IMG/VR virus record: IMGVR_UViG_3300010883_000001
Span: 32,001 to 96,000 of that record
Source of the DNA: a virus
Direction: 5' to 3' (one strand)
Length of the DNA stretch: 64,000 nucleotides
A model generated the notes under the pieces. It made no database searches. It saw only the letters and a program-made list of their open reading frames with translations, and had not been told where the DNA came from. The position numbers and the translations under genes were made by a program. Shown piece by piece: positions 47,119 through 56,420 of the stretch. Within the stretch, counting starts at the first letter, position 1. Each line of letters begins with the position of its first letter.

Positions 47119-47904
47119 ATGCCAGAAGGACCGGAAGTAAAGTTGTGTGGTGAGCGTTTAGCTTCAAATATTTCAGGTCAAACACTTAAATATATAGAGA
47201 TAATTTCAGGAAGATATTCTAAAAAGACACCTGGCGGAATTGAATTATTTGGAAAAGAATTGCCTACAACGGTTGTAGGTCCTGGTGTTCATGGGAAATT
47301 TATATATTGGATTATGAAAAATAATTATTTTCTATATAATACCCTGGGGTTAACCGGTGCATGGTCTTTGGAACAAGGTCCTTATTCTAGGGTTAAATTT
47401 TCATTTGAGAATCTAGATATTTTTTTTGATGATAAGAGAAATTTTGGCACTCTAAAGTTTGTTAAAGGAAAAGGGAATCTTTTATCAAAATTACAATCTT
47501 TAGGGCCAGATATGCTATCAGGGGACGTTGAAATATCTCTTTTTATTGATAGGCTAAGAGAGAAGAGCTCATGGGAAATTACAAAAGCATTAATGAACCA
47601 ATCCGTGGTTGCTGGGATTGGGAATTATATAAAATCGGAGTCACTATGGAAGACAAAAATTAATCCACACTCTAGGGTTTGTGATTTAGATAACGATACT
47701 TTAGCAGATCTATGCGTTAATATTAGAGATATAATGAGTGATAGCTATAAATCTCAAAAAGAAGGTGACAACTCGTTTAAATTATCGGTATATTCTAGGA
47801 AGAATGATCCTCATGATAATGAGATTATAAAGGAAAAAACAGAGGATGGTAGAACAACATACTGGTGTCCATCCGTACAACATAAAGGGACGATAAATGA
47901 ATAG
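47119..47904 (+). CDS. Fpg/Nei family DNA glycosylase/AP lyase
   Basis: N-terminal MPEGPEV, HGK, D.RNFG, LGPD, LMNQSVVAGIGNYIKSESL (H2TH), GRTTYWCP.VQ. Confidence 0.92.
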   Translation: MPEGPEVKLCGERLASNISGQTLKYIEIISGRYSKKTPGGIELFGKELPTTVVGPGVHGKFIYWIMKNNYFLYNTLGLTGAWSLEQGPYSRVKFSFENLDIFFDDKRNFGTLKFVKGKGNLLSKLQSLGPDMLSGDVEISLFIDRLREKSSWEITKALMNQSVVAGIGNYIKSESLWKTKINPHSRVCDLDNDTLADLCVNIRDIMSDSYKSQKEGDNSFKLSVYSRKNDPHDNEIIKEKTEDGRTTYWCPSVQHKGTINE

Positions 47905-48112
47905 TTTAAAACTTTCTGATGATACGATCGCACAAATTGCAAAAATATTGCAGGTTGCAATTCTTACTGGAACTGACGTGGTGGATAACCTTCGCCAGTT
48001 AGAGCTAGTTACTAGTGAGGACGGCCGGCTAACGATGTCTGAGGATTATGCAAAAAATTTCGAAACTAATATCACCTCGATGTTGGAGGGGATAAGCGAA
48101 GAAAATGGGTGA
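47897..48112 (+). CDS. Hypothetical protein
   Basis: 71-aa ORF overlapping both neighbours. Confidence 0.6.
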   Translation: MNSLKLSDDTIAQIAKILQVAILTGTDVVDNLRQLELVTSEDGRLTMSEDYAKNFETNITSMLEGISEENG

Positions 48113-48494
48113 TAAAAAAAAGGAGGATATGCTAATCAGCATATTCAGACTACGGGAAGAATTTATGCTAAGGATTAATGAGAAAATACCTGGTGTATAT
48201 CCCCCTTGGCCAGTCGTATTATCAGACAAGGCATCACAACAATCATTAAGAGAATCTGCACTTAAGGGTGTGGAGGAAATGTTTGAAGCATTACAACACT
48301 TAAAAAACTGGAAACCACATAGGGTAACAGAAATAAAAGAATTTAATAGAGAAGAGTTTCTTGAGGAGACTGTCGACGCATTTAATTATTTCTTTTCTTT
48401 GCTTGTTATGATGGGTGTTACACCTGAAGAGTTTTTTAATGCATATGTTAAGAAAGATACTACGATTCATAGAAGGCTAGAAGTAGGTTATTAA
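48105..48494 (+). CDS. All-alpha NTP pyrophosphatase (dimeric dUTPase/T4 dCTPase-like)
   Basis: EEMFEAL...NWKPH....EEFLEETVDAFNYF, an E..E / E..D metal motif with a WK motif. Confidence 0.75.
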   Translation: MGDKKKEDMLISIFRLREEFMLRINEKIPGVYPPWPVVLSDKASQQSLRESALKGVEEMFEALQHLKNWKPHRVTEIKEFNREEFLEETVDAFNYFFSLLVMMGVTPEEFFNAYVKKDTTIHRRLEVGY

Positions 48495-49516
48495 TGAATA
48501 TTATCGTGACCGGTGCTGCAGGTTTTATAGGGCAAAACCTTACTAAGTGTCTATTAGATTCAGGACATAAGGTTATTGGGATCGATAATTTCTCTACAGG
48601 CGATAAAAACGTTTTTAAAGAATTCTCTTCAGAATATAAGAGCAGTTTTTTACCAATGCCTTTTGACGTAACACGAGAAGATAGTTGGAGAACCATGCTG
48701 ACTGTTGTACACAGGTTTTTTCGGGGCCAAAAGGACATATCAATATATCATCTTGCATGTCCAGCGTCTCCTCCAGCATATCAAAAATATCCTCTTCGTA
48801 CATTGGATACTTCATACTTGGGTACTAGAAACTGTTTAGAGTTTGCTGCATCTGTAAATGCAAAATTTTTATTTGCTTCTACATCGGAAGTTTACGGAAA
48901 CCCGTCTTGTAATCCGCAGTCGGAAGAATATTACGGTGATGTAAATACCGTTGGCCCCAGGGCTTGTTACGATGAAGGAAAAAGGGTCGCTGAGACTCTA
49001 TGTTATGAGTATAATAAGTGTATGGGAACTGATGTGACGATTGTTAGAATATTCAACACGTATGGTCCTGGAATGAAAGCTGATGACGGCAGAGTTGTTA
49101 GCAACTTTATAAATCAGGCAATCACAGGTAAGGAATTAACGATATATGGTGATGGCTCACAGACTCGAAGTTTTTGTTTTGTATCTGATATGGTTGATGG
49201 ATTGATTTTAGCTATGGGATCTGAGTATTTTGGGCCGATTAATTTAGGGAACCCAAATGAGATTACTGTTTCCAAGTTAACAAATATAGTATTAGAAAAA
49301 TGTAATGCACGAAATGCTATTAATTATTACCCATTACCTCAGGACGATCCATGCATCAGGAGACCCAACATAAATAAAGCTAAGTGGTTATTGGGGTGGG
49401 TACCCAAAGTTAGTCTAGATGAAGGTCTAGATAGGACGATACAATACTTTAGAGGTCTTTTACGTGTAGAACCTCAAGAACCATCATATAATTTAAAAAT
49501 TGGTTATGAAAAATGA
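48494..49516 (+). CDS. uxs: UDP-glucuronate decarboxylase (UDP-xylose synthase)
   Basis: GAAGFIG, YHLACPASPPAYQ, ASTSEVYG.P...PQSEEYYG.VN.VGPRACYDEGKRVAETL, RIFNTYGP.M..DDGRVVSNF, YGDGSQTRSFCFVSD. Confidence 0.9.
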   Translation: MNIIVTGAAGFIGQNLTKCLLDSGHKVIGIDNFSTGDKNVFKEFSSEYKSSFLPMPFDVTREDSWRTMLTVVHRFFRGQKDISIYHLACPASPPAYQKYPLRTLDTSYLGTRNCLEFAASVNAKFLFASTSEVYGNPSCNPQSEEYYGDVNTVGPRACYDEGKRVAETLCYEYNKCMGTDVTIVRIFNTYGPGMKADDGRVVSNFINQAITGKELTIYGDGSQTRSFCFVSDMVDGLILAMGSEYFGPINLGNPNEITVSKLTNIVLEKCNARNAINYYPLPQDDPCIRRPNINKAKWLLGWVPKVSLDEGLDRTIQYFRGLLRVEPQEPSYNLKIGYEK

Positions 49517-52500
49517 AAAAAACACCCTCAAGATTCGTAGGTCTTCATGCACATTCTGGATTTTCTACATTTGATGGATTAGGATACCCTCAAGAACATA
49601 TTGATTATGTAAAATCAAATGGAATGGACTGTTGGGCACTTACTGACCATGGTCACATGAATGGTTTTGCACATGCTTATTTACATGCTGAAAAATTAAA
49701 AAAGCTTGGTGAGAATTTTAAATTTATTCCCGGGTGTGAAATGTATGTTCATCCGGATTTAGATGTATGGAGTCTAGACTACAAGCTAGCCCGGGCGGCA
49801 AAGCGAGGTGATCATGAGTCGATCACAAAACTTAGACAGCAAAGGGAGTCCATAGTAACCCCTATTCTTGCAGTAACCGATCGCGATGATGAGATTATAG
49901 ATGTTGATATAAATGAAGGAGGTATGACTGTAGAGAATGAGGAGGAGACTAAGTCTGCAAAATTTTATGATCCCGTTAAACGCCGGCATCATTTAGTTGT
50001 ACTACCTAGAACTAGTGAGGGTTTAAAACGTTTATTTTCATTGGTCTCCAAAGGTTATCTTGAGGGATTTTATAGATTTCCGCGTGTAGATTATAAGATG
50101 TTAAAAGAGGCCGCTAAAGGTGGTCATTTAATGCTTAGTACGGCATGCCTAGGAGGCCCCGTCGCATATGAAGTATTCAGGCATTTACAAGAAGTTTCAT
50201 TTAATAATCTTAATGCTTCTCTTTTAGATGATAGATCATTAATGGAGAAGACAATCCTTGGTGTTGGAAATGCATATGGATCACTGTGTGACGCAGTAGG
50301 GCGTGAGAACGTTATGCTTGAGTTACAGTTCAATAAACTCCCAGCTCAACATTTGGTGAATAGAGCTATACTTGAGTATTCTAGAAGAAACAATTTATCA
50401 GATCAATTAATAGTAACTTGCGACTCGCACTATGCAAATCCAGAACATTGGAAAGAGAGAGAATTATATAAGAAGTTAGGATGGTTAAATTATCGTGATT
50501 ATGATCCTTCTTCGTTACCACAAAGTCGCGACGATTTAGAGTGTGAATTATATCCGAAAAACGAAACACAGGTCTGGGATTCATATACAAATACATCTTC
50601 TGGGTATGATTTTTATAATGATGAAGAGATATGTAGCGCTATTGAGAGAACGCATGATATAGCACACGAAATGATAGGCGATATCACAGCCGATAAAAAA
50701 ATGAAGCTGCCGTCATATATAGTACCTCAAGGCACTGATGAAAACACGGCACTTCTAGAAGCTTGTAAAAAAGGATTAATAGAGAAGGGCTTACATGCTA
50801 ACAATGAATATATAGACCGCTTAAAGCTAGAGCTCTCTGTAATACGCAGTAAGGATTTTTCTAGATATTTTTTGACGATGAAGTCAATTCTTGATATTGC
50901 AAGAGAACGCATGTTGATAGGACCGGGTCGAGGATCCGCAGCTGGTAGTCTGGTTGCATATGTACTTGGAATAACAAACGTTGATCCTATAGAATATGGA
51001 TTATTGTTTGAAAGATTTTTATCTGTCCATCGTGAGGGCGCACCAGACATTGATACTGACGTAGGCGATAGGGATCTTCTGATTGATCTACTCAAGGCAA
51101 ATTTTGGTGATCAGAATGTTGTTCCTATTTCAAATTATAACACTTTTAAATTGAAATCATTAGTAAAAGATATATCACGTTTTTATGGTATACCCTTTGA
51201 CGAAGTAAATAAGGCACTGGCACCGGTTGAGAATGACGTAAAAAAAGTAGTCTTTACAAAGGGTACCGACAAAAACCTTTTCGTGTTATTGTATGAAGAT
51301 GCCATTGCACACTCGGCATCATTTCGAAGTTTTATTGAAAAGTATCCTGAGGTAGCTGAACCAATCGAAATTTTATTTAAGCAAAATAAGTCCTTGGGTC
51401 GACATGCTGGCGGAGTAATAATCAGTGAAAATATTCCGGAGCAGATGCCCTTGATACTCGCAAGGGGTGAGCTACAGACCCCTTGGGTCGAAGGGATGCA
51501 TTATAAACATCTGGAAGAGTTTGGGTGGATTAAATTTGATCTTCTTGGATTAGAAACCCTACGAATAATCCAACGTTGTATAGAGCTAGTTTTGAAGAGG
51601 CATGAGGGAAATGAGAACCCGACTTTTGTTGATGTGAAGAAATGGTTTGACCAAAACATGGATCCGAAAGTCATAGATTTTAATGATGAAGAAGTGTTTC
51701 GAAACATATATCATCAAGGAAAATGGGCTGGAATATTTCAGGCTACGCAACGAGGCGCACAGGCATTTTTTAAGAAAGGAAAGCCTTTGAGTATTATTGA
51801 TGTTGCTACGCTTACATCAATTTATCGCCCAGGTCCGTTAAGTGCTAATGTGCATAAGATATATTTGGGATCAAAGGACAATCCAGAAGATATAGATTAT
51901 CAACATGATCTTATTAAACAGGTTCTGGAACCGACATATGGTGCGATAATCTTTCAAGAGCAAGTTATGGAGTTATGCAACGTTGTAGCCGGTTTCCCTC
52001 AGGAAGACTGTGATAAGGTTCGTAGAACAATCATGAAGAGATCTGCGTCTAAGGCAGATGCTATGAAAGCCGAGGCTGAAGCTTTAAAGAACAGATTTGT
52101 TGAGGGTGCTGTCACAAATGGCGTGGCACAGGATGTTGCTAGCGAATTATATGAGAAAATCTTATTTTTCTCCGGATATGGTTTTAATAAATCTCATGCC
52201 GTATCTTACGCAGTTGATTCTTACTATTGCGCATGGTTGATGCACTACTATGAGGAGGAATGGCTGTGTGCTTATCTTGAGGCTATGTCAAGTACTCCGG
52301 ATAAGTTGGCAAAAGCATCTAGCGAGATTAAAAAGCTGGGATATAAGACGGTACCTCTAGACATAAATTATGCTGAAAAGACCTGGACAATATTAGACGG
52401 GAAGAAATTTATGCCATCATTCTTATCATGCAAAGGTATAGGACTAGCCGCAATCGACGAGATTATGAAAAATAGACCGTATAGCTCAGTTGATGATTTA

Positions 52501-53112
52501 CTATGGGATGAATCAGGTAAGTGGCGACATTCAAAGTTTAATAAGCGTGCGTTAGGCTCACTTATTCGTGTTTGTGCATTTGGGTCCATGGGCTTAGTTG
52601 GCGAAAGGAAGGCATTTTCTTCATATAAGCAGATGCACGAAATACTAATAGATAAAAACCAAGATATAAAAAAGTCAACAAGGAAAGATCCATGGAGAGG
52701 TAAAAAAGCAATGACTGAATTGCTGGTTGAATCAGATACTTCAAGCGAATGGACATCTTATGAGCTAGCAAAGAATAGTATTGAGCTGTTGGGATCATTT
52801 AGTTCGAAATTACTAGTGGATGACGAGTTACAAAAAGAGCTACAAAAAAGAGGCATTCACACAATTGATGAATATCACTCAAAAGACCTATATTGGTTTA
52901 TTGTAAAGAAGGCAATCCCAAAGTTGACAAAGAATAAAAAGCCGTATCTACTATTGACAATATCTGGTACTGAAGGATCGGAAAGTCGGATGTTCTACTG
53001 GGGATGGAATGGAAACACAGATATATCAGAGTTTTCAGTTTGTGTGGCAGAAATTGACAGGAGCGATTTTGGATTTTCAACTAGATCCGGAAAGATAAAG
53101 GTAATTAGATAA
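49513..53112 (+). CDS. dnaE: DNA polymerase III alpha subunit (family C)
   Basis: PHP domain HAH..FS.FDG, TDHG, GCE, DSHY. GPGRGSAAGSLVAY.LGIT, FERFL, PDIDTD, HAGG, KFDLLGL, YRPGP, YGFNKSHA. Confidence 0.95.
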   Translation: MKKTPSRFVGLHAHSGFSTFDGLGYPQEHIDYVKSNGMDCWALTDHGHMNGFAHAYLHAEKLKKLGENFKFIPGCEMYVHPDLDVWSLDYKLARAAKRGDHESITKLRQQRESIVTPILAVTDRDDEIIDVDINEGGMTVENEEETKSAKFYDPVKRRHHLVVLPRTSEGLKRLFSLVSKGYLEGFYRFPRVDYKMLKEAAKGGHLMLSTACLGGPVAYEVFRHLQEVSFNNLNASLLDDRSLMEKTILGVGNAYGSLCDAVGRENVMLELQFNKLPAQHLVNRAILEYSRRNNLSDQLIVTCDSHYANPEHWKERELYKKLGWLNYRDYDPSSLPQSRDDLECELYPKNETQVWDSYTNTSSGYDFYNDEEICSAIERTHDIAHEMIGDITADKKMKLPSYIVPQGTDENTALLEACKKGLIEKGLHANNEYIDRLKLELSVIRSKDFSRYFLTMKSILDIARERMLIGPGRGSAAGSLVAYVLGITNVDPIEYGLLFERFLSVHREGAPDIDTDVGDRDLLIDLLKANFGDQNVVPISNYNTFKLKSLVKDISRFYGIPFDEVNKALAPVENDVKKVVFTKGTDKNLFVLLYEDAIAHSASFRSFIEKYPEVAEPIEILFKQNKSLGRHAGGVIISENIPEQMPLILARGELQTPWVEGMHYKHLEEFGWIKFDLLGLETLRIIQRCIELVLKRHEGNENPTFVDVKKWFDQNMDPKVIDFNDEEVFRNIYHQGKWAGIFQATQRGAQAFFKKGKPLSIIDVATLTSIYRPGPLSANVHKIYLGSKDNPEDIDYQHDLIKQVLEPTYGAIIFQEQVMELCNVVAGFPQEDCDKVRRTIMKRSASKADAMKAEAEALKNRFVEGAVTNGVAQDVASELYEKILFFSGYGFNKSHAVSYAVDSYYCAWLMHYYEEEWLCAYLEAMSSTPDKLAKASSEIKKLGYKTVPLDINYAEKTWTILDGKKFMPSFLSCKGIGLAAIDEIMKNRPYSSVDDLLWDESGKWRHSKFNKRALGSLIRVCAFGSMGLVGERKAFSSYKQMHEILIDKNQDIKKSTRKDPWRGKKAMTELLVESDTSSEWTSYELAKNSIELLGSFSSKLLVDDELQKELQKRGIHTIDEYHSKDLYWFIVKKAIPKLTKNKKPYLLLTISGTEGSESRMFYWGWNGNTDISEFSVCVAEIDRSDFGFSTRSGKIKVIR

Positions 53113-54200
53113 TGCGGGTCTTAGTAGTCGGAGGAGGTATATTTGGTACCACGATAGCATCAGAACTATCAGAGCATGGAAATGATGTAACATTAATTGA
53201 AAAAGAAAATACCTTGATGACGGCAGCCAGCAGGGTAAATCATAATCGTGTTCATTTTGGCTATCACTATCCTCGTAGTCCAGAGACGGCAAGACAATGT
53301 CTAGACAGCATTCCCAGTTTTTTAATGCATTATGGTGATTCTGTAGTATCGGATTTCCCTAACTATTATACGATTGCTAATGAAGGTAGCTTCGTAACCC
53401 CGGAACAGTTTATTGATTTTTGTAAAGAGGTTAAAATTGATTTCTACGAACAATATCCACCTAAGCATCTTCTTAGAAGAGACAAGCTAGCAGCTAGCTT
53501 TAGGGTAAGAGAGCCTATTTTTAGTACCAGTCGATTAGCACAGCTAGTTAACGATCGATTAGATCGAGCAGGTGTGAACGTTCTTGTAAGGACACAAATT
53601 ACTAAGGCTAAGAAAAATCCTGGAGGTGGATACTCTGTAATGATAAATGGTGCTAGGTGTATATTTGATAAGGTTATTAATGCAACATACGCCGGCCTGA
53701 ATACTGTAAATAAGGTGTTTAATGTCCGGCCTCATGAACTACGGTTTGAGGAGACAGTAGTACCAGTATTCAAGTTCAGTCACACACCTGTTGGGCTGAC
53801 TATAATGGATGGTCCCTATTGTACTATAATGCCTCATGGAAATATTTCGGAAGAGTTTTTACTTTGGCATGTTGATGGCGGAGTTTTATCTCATGCTACT
53901 GACATTAAAAATATTCGTAGGGTTGTGTCATCTGATGAAGAGATCGCGGCTCGTATAATTGAGATGTCTGCTGAGTTTATGCCTTTTATGGAGGGCGTGG
54001 AATTTCTTTCATTGATGAAAACAGTAAAGACTGTCTATGAGAATAAGTATGATGCAAGAATGTCTGAGGTTCATACGTACGACGACAGTCCGGACTTTAT
54101 CTCAGTATTATCTGGGAAGATAATGTGTGCACCTCAGATTTCATATCAGGTTCGAGAATTAGTTAGGGGTAAGAAGTATCACAGGAGTATTTTGGTATGA
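53112..54200 (+). CDS. FAD-dependent oxidoreductase (DAO-like, type found in sugar biosynthesis clusters)
   Basis: VLVVGGGIFG...VTLIEK, AS..NHNRVH.GYHYPRS, INATYA, MDGP. Confidence 0.8.
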   Translation: MRVLVVGGGIFGTTIASELSEHGNDVTLIEKENTLMTAASRVNHNRVHFGYHYPRSPETARQCLDSIPSFLMHYGDSVVSDFPNYYTIANEGSFVTPEQFIDFCKEVKIDFYEQYPPKHLLRRDKLAASFRVREPIFSTSRLAQLVNDRLDRAGVNVLVRTQITKAKKNPGGGYSVMINGARCIFDKVINATYAGLNTVNKVFNVRPHELRFEETVVPVFKFSHTPVGLTIMDGPYCTIMPHGNISEEFLLWHVDGGVLSHATDIKNIRRVVSSDEEIAARIIEMSAEFMPFMEGVEFLSLMKTVKTVYENKYDARMSEVHTYDDSPDFISVLSGKIMCAPQISYQVRELVRGKKYHRSILV

Positions 54201-54862
54201 TAAAGAATATACTAATTTTTGGTGCATCTGGTTATGTGGCACGTCATTTTAGCGAAAAATATTTTAATCATTATAATATTATTCACTTTGCTAGAGAAGA
54301 TTTTGATTTTTTGAGACCTGATTTTGAAAAATTGGTTGAAAATTTAATCGAGAAACTTCAACATTTACGGCAACCACGACATGGCGGCGTAGATGGGATT
54401 GTGTTTTTGCAAGGAATTAACCCCTCATTTGGAGTAAGTGACATAGATGATAATCAGTTTCATGATATGTTAAGTATAAATTTATCAGTACCACTTCAGG
54501 TTATTAGGCAAATTAAAGACTGGATTAATAAAAGTGCATCAATCACATTTATATCATCCATTGCAAGAAAGAAAGGGAGTTATGATCCGAGCTATGCTTC
54601 TGCAAAAGCGGGGCTGGTTGGACTTCAGCAGGCTTTGTCAAATCATTTTTCTGATATTCGTTTTAATACGATATCACTCGGGTTGGTTGGGGGATCCCCT
54701 GTTCACGAGGGAATGACAGATGATTTTGCCCTTAAACATCTAGATGCCATGGGAGGAAAATTGGTAAAAGTTGATGATGTTTGTAAAGCTATAGGTTTTT
54801 TGATAGAATGTGATAGTATTTCTCGCGCGATTATTCCAATTGATAGAGGGTTTAAGTTATGA
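54197..54862 (+). CDS. Short-chain dehydrogenase/reductase
   Basis: GASGYVA, INL, ISS, YASAK (YxxxK). Confidence 0.85.
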   Translation: MIKNILIFGASGYVARHFSEKYFNHYNIIHFAREDFDFLRPDFEKLVENLIEKLQHLRQPRHGGVDGIVFLQGINPSFGVSDIDDNQFHDMLSINLSVPLQVIRQIKDWINKSASITFISSIARKKGSYDPSYASAKAGLVGLQQALSNHFSDIRFNTISLGLVGGSPVHEGMTDDFALKHLDAMGGKLVKVDDVCKAIGFLIECDSISRAIIPIDRGFKL

Positions 54863-55389
54863 GTGATCAAAAGATCATAATCTTTGATGGTCCGGACGGG
54901 TGTGGAAAGACAAATATCGCAGCTGCGTTGTCAAGACTTCTAGATATTCCCGTTTTTAAGAATGAATTTGAATGGGATCATTTTAATCTTGGCTCAAGTA
55001 ATGATTATTTTATTAAAGCAATAGAATATCAGCACCCCTACGTGTTATCTTTCTTAAAGCAAACCAGACATTCAGCAATATTTGATAGGGCTCATCCTTC
55101 TGAGTTTGCATACTCCCGCGTATTTGAGAGAACAACAAGTTGGAGGGCTTTAAAGATGTGTGATGATATGAGTGCTGAAATGTCTGTAAAAATAATTATT
55201 CCCTATCGCACAAATTATGAAAATGTCGATGATGAGTTTGGGGTAAATCCCATAAAGCTAGTAGAGATTGAATCCGAGTATAGAGCATTTGCTAAGTGGA
55301 CCAAGTGTGATGTAATGTGGTTAAATGTTGATGATGAAGATTTAGATAGGGAAATTAAGGAAATCGTTGATTTTTTGGAGATGGTATAA
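54859..55389 (+). CDS. dNMP kinase (thymidylate-kinase-like)
   Basis: IIFDGPDGCGKT P-loop, IFDRAHPSEFAY. Confidence 0.8.
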   Translation: MSDQKIIIFDGPDGCGKTNIAAALSRLLDIPVFKNEFEWDHFNLGSSNDYFIKAIEYQHPYVLSFLKQTRHSAIFDRAHPSEFAYSRVFERTTSWRALKMCDDMSAEMSVKIIIPYRTNYENVDDEFGVNPIKLVEIESEYRAFAKWTKCDVMWLNVDDEDLDREIKEIVDFLEMV

Positions 55390-56420
55390 TGAGGGTACTG
55401 TTTAGTTATTGGGGATTTTGTGAGAGCTTTGAAGACTGTAACGAACCGAATACACCTGATGGATCTAGATTCACTAGACCGATGTTTGTTAATGCACTTA
55501 CGATTGCAGGGCACCAGGTAACATCTCTACAAAAAAGAAGAGAGAAAAATGAGTACCCCGGGATTACATATGATCCAGTTGGTTTACCTGATGGTGATAT
55601 TTTATTTATTGAGTGGCGCTGGAAGACGTGGAAAAATTTTGGTGATACTAAATTTGAGAATGATTATGACAGGCAAATCGAATTATTGCAACACTATCAT
55701 GGAGAGGTACCCGTCGTAATATGGGACTGTGATATGAAATTGACGTCTGAGGATGAGAATAGGTGGCCTGAGGCTATCATTGCTGACCCTACAATGGACC
55801 CTAAGCAACTTACCAGAAAGAGGGCTAGGTTACCATTTTCATCAGATCTGAAATTTTTAGTTGAGCCGTATGAAGACCCGGTTAGGTATGGGTATATCGG
55901 GAACAATTACGAGCGAGATGAGATGTTTGAAAAATATTATAATTGTCCCGCAAAATCTCTTAGGCCGGAAGGAATTCAAACATCAGTTTTTGGAAACTGG
56001 CTTCTGCGATCTCCGGAGAGAATGTCTCCTGAACATGTAACGAAGAAATTTCGTAATATTGCGTTTATTGATAGGGTTGGGTTTACTGAATCCATGCAGC
56101 AGTTGAGAAAATTCATATGTACTACACATATCACAAAGCCAGAGTATGCAAAGAGGGGATTTGTCTCGCCTAGGTATCTTGAGAATATAGCAACATGTAC
56201 TCCTTCATTGGTACCTTGTGAGTTTATGATGAATAATATTTTAGGAAATAATTGGATGGCATCAAGCTCAGGCAGTGTTGTCAAGGCTGTAAGATATTTG
56301 AGATGTCTTTTACCAGAAGATCGTGCTGCGGTTGTTGATGAGCAAAGGTATAATTTGAGAAATAACCTGAATGTTGATGTTAAGCAAACAGTTGAGTTTT
56401 TAGAGGGTTTGATAAAATGA
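55389..56420 (+). CDS. GT-B glycosyltransferase resembling T4 DNA beta-glucosyltransferase
   Basis: C-terminal YIGN, VFGNW, RVGF..S...L......HI..PEY...GFVSPRYLE.......LVP.EF parallels the UDP-binding domain of T4 BGT as recalled (NY.DNFITLRVWE.......LI..EF). Confidence 0.6.
   Translation: MRVLFSYWGFCESFEDCNEPNTPDGSRFTRPMFVNALTIAGHQVTSLQKRREKNEYPGITYDPVGLPDGDILFIEWRWKTWKNFGDTKFENDYDRQIELLQHYHGEVPVVIWDCDMKLTSEDENRWPEAIIADPTMDPKQLTRKRARLPFSSDLKFLVEPYEDPVRYGYIGNNYERDEMFEKYYNCPAKSLRPEGIQTSVFGNWLLRSPERMSPEHVTKKFRNIAFIDRVGFTESMQQLRKFICTTHITKPEYAKRGFVSPRYLENIATCTPSLVPCEFMMNNILGNNWMASSSGSVVKAVRYLRCLLPEDRAAVVDEQRYNLRNNLNVDVKQTVEFLEGLIK

Noticed and set aside
49740-49990. Intein in DnaE (or in RNR/DnaB/RecA)
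   Set aside because: No C/S...HN-C/S/T splice junctions or LAGLIDADG motifs. Protein lengths are near normal.
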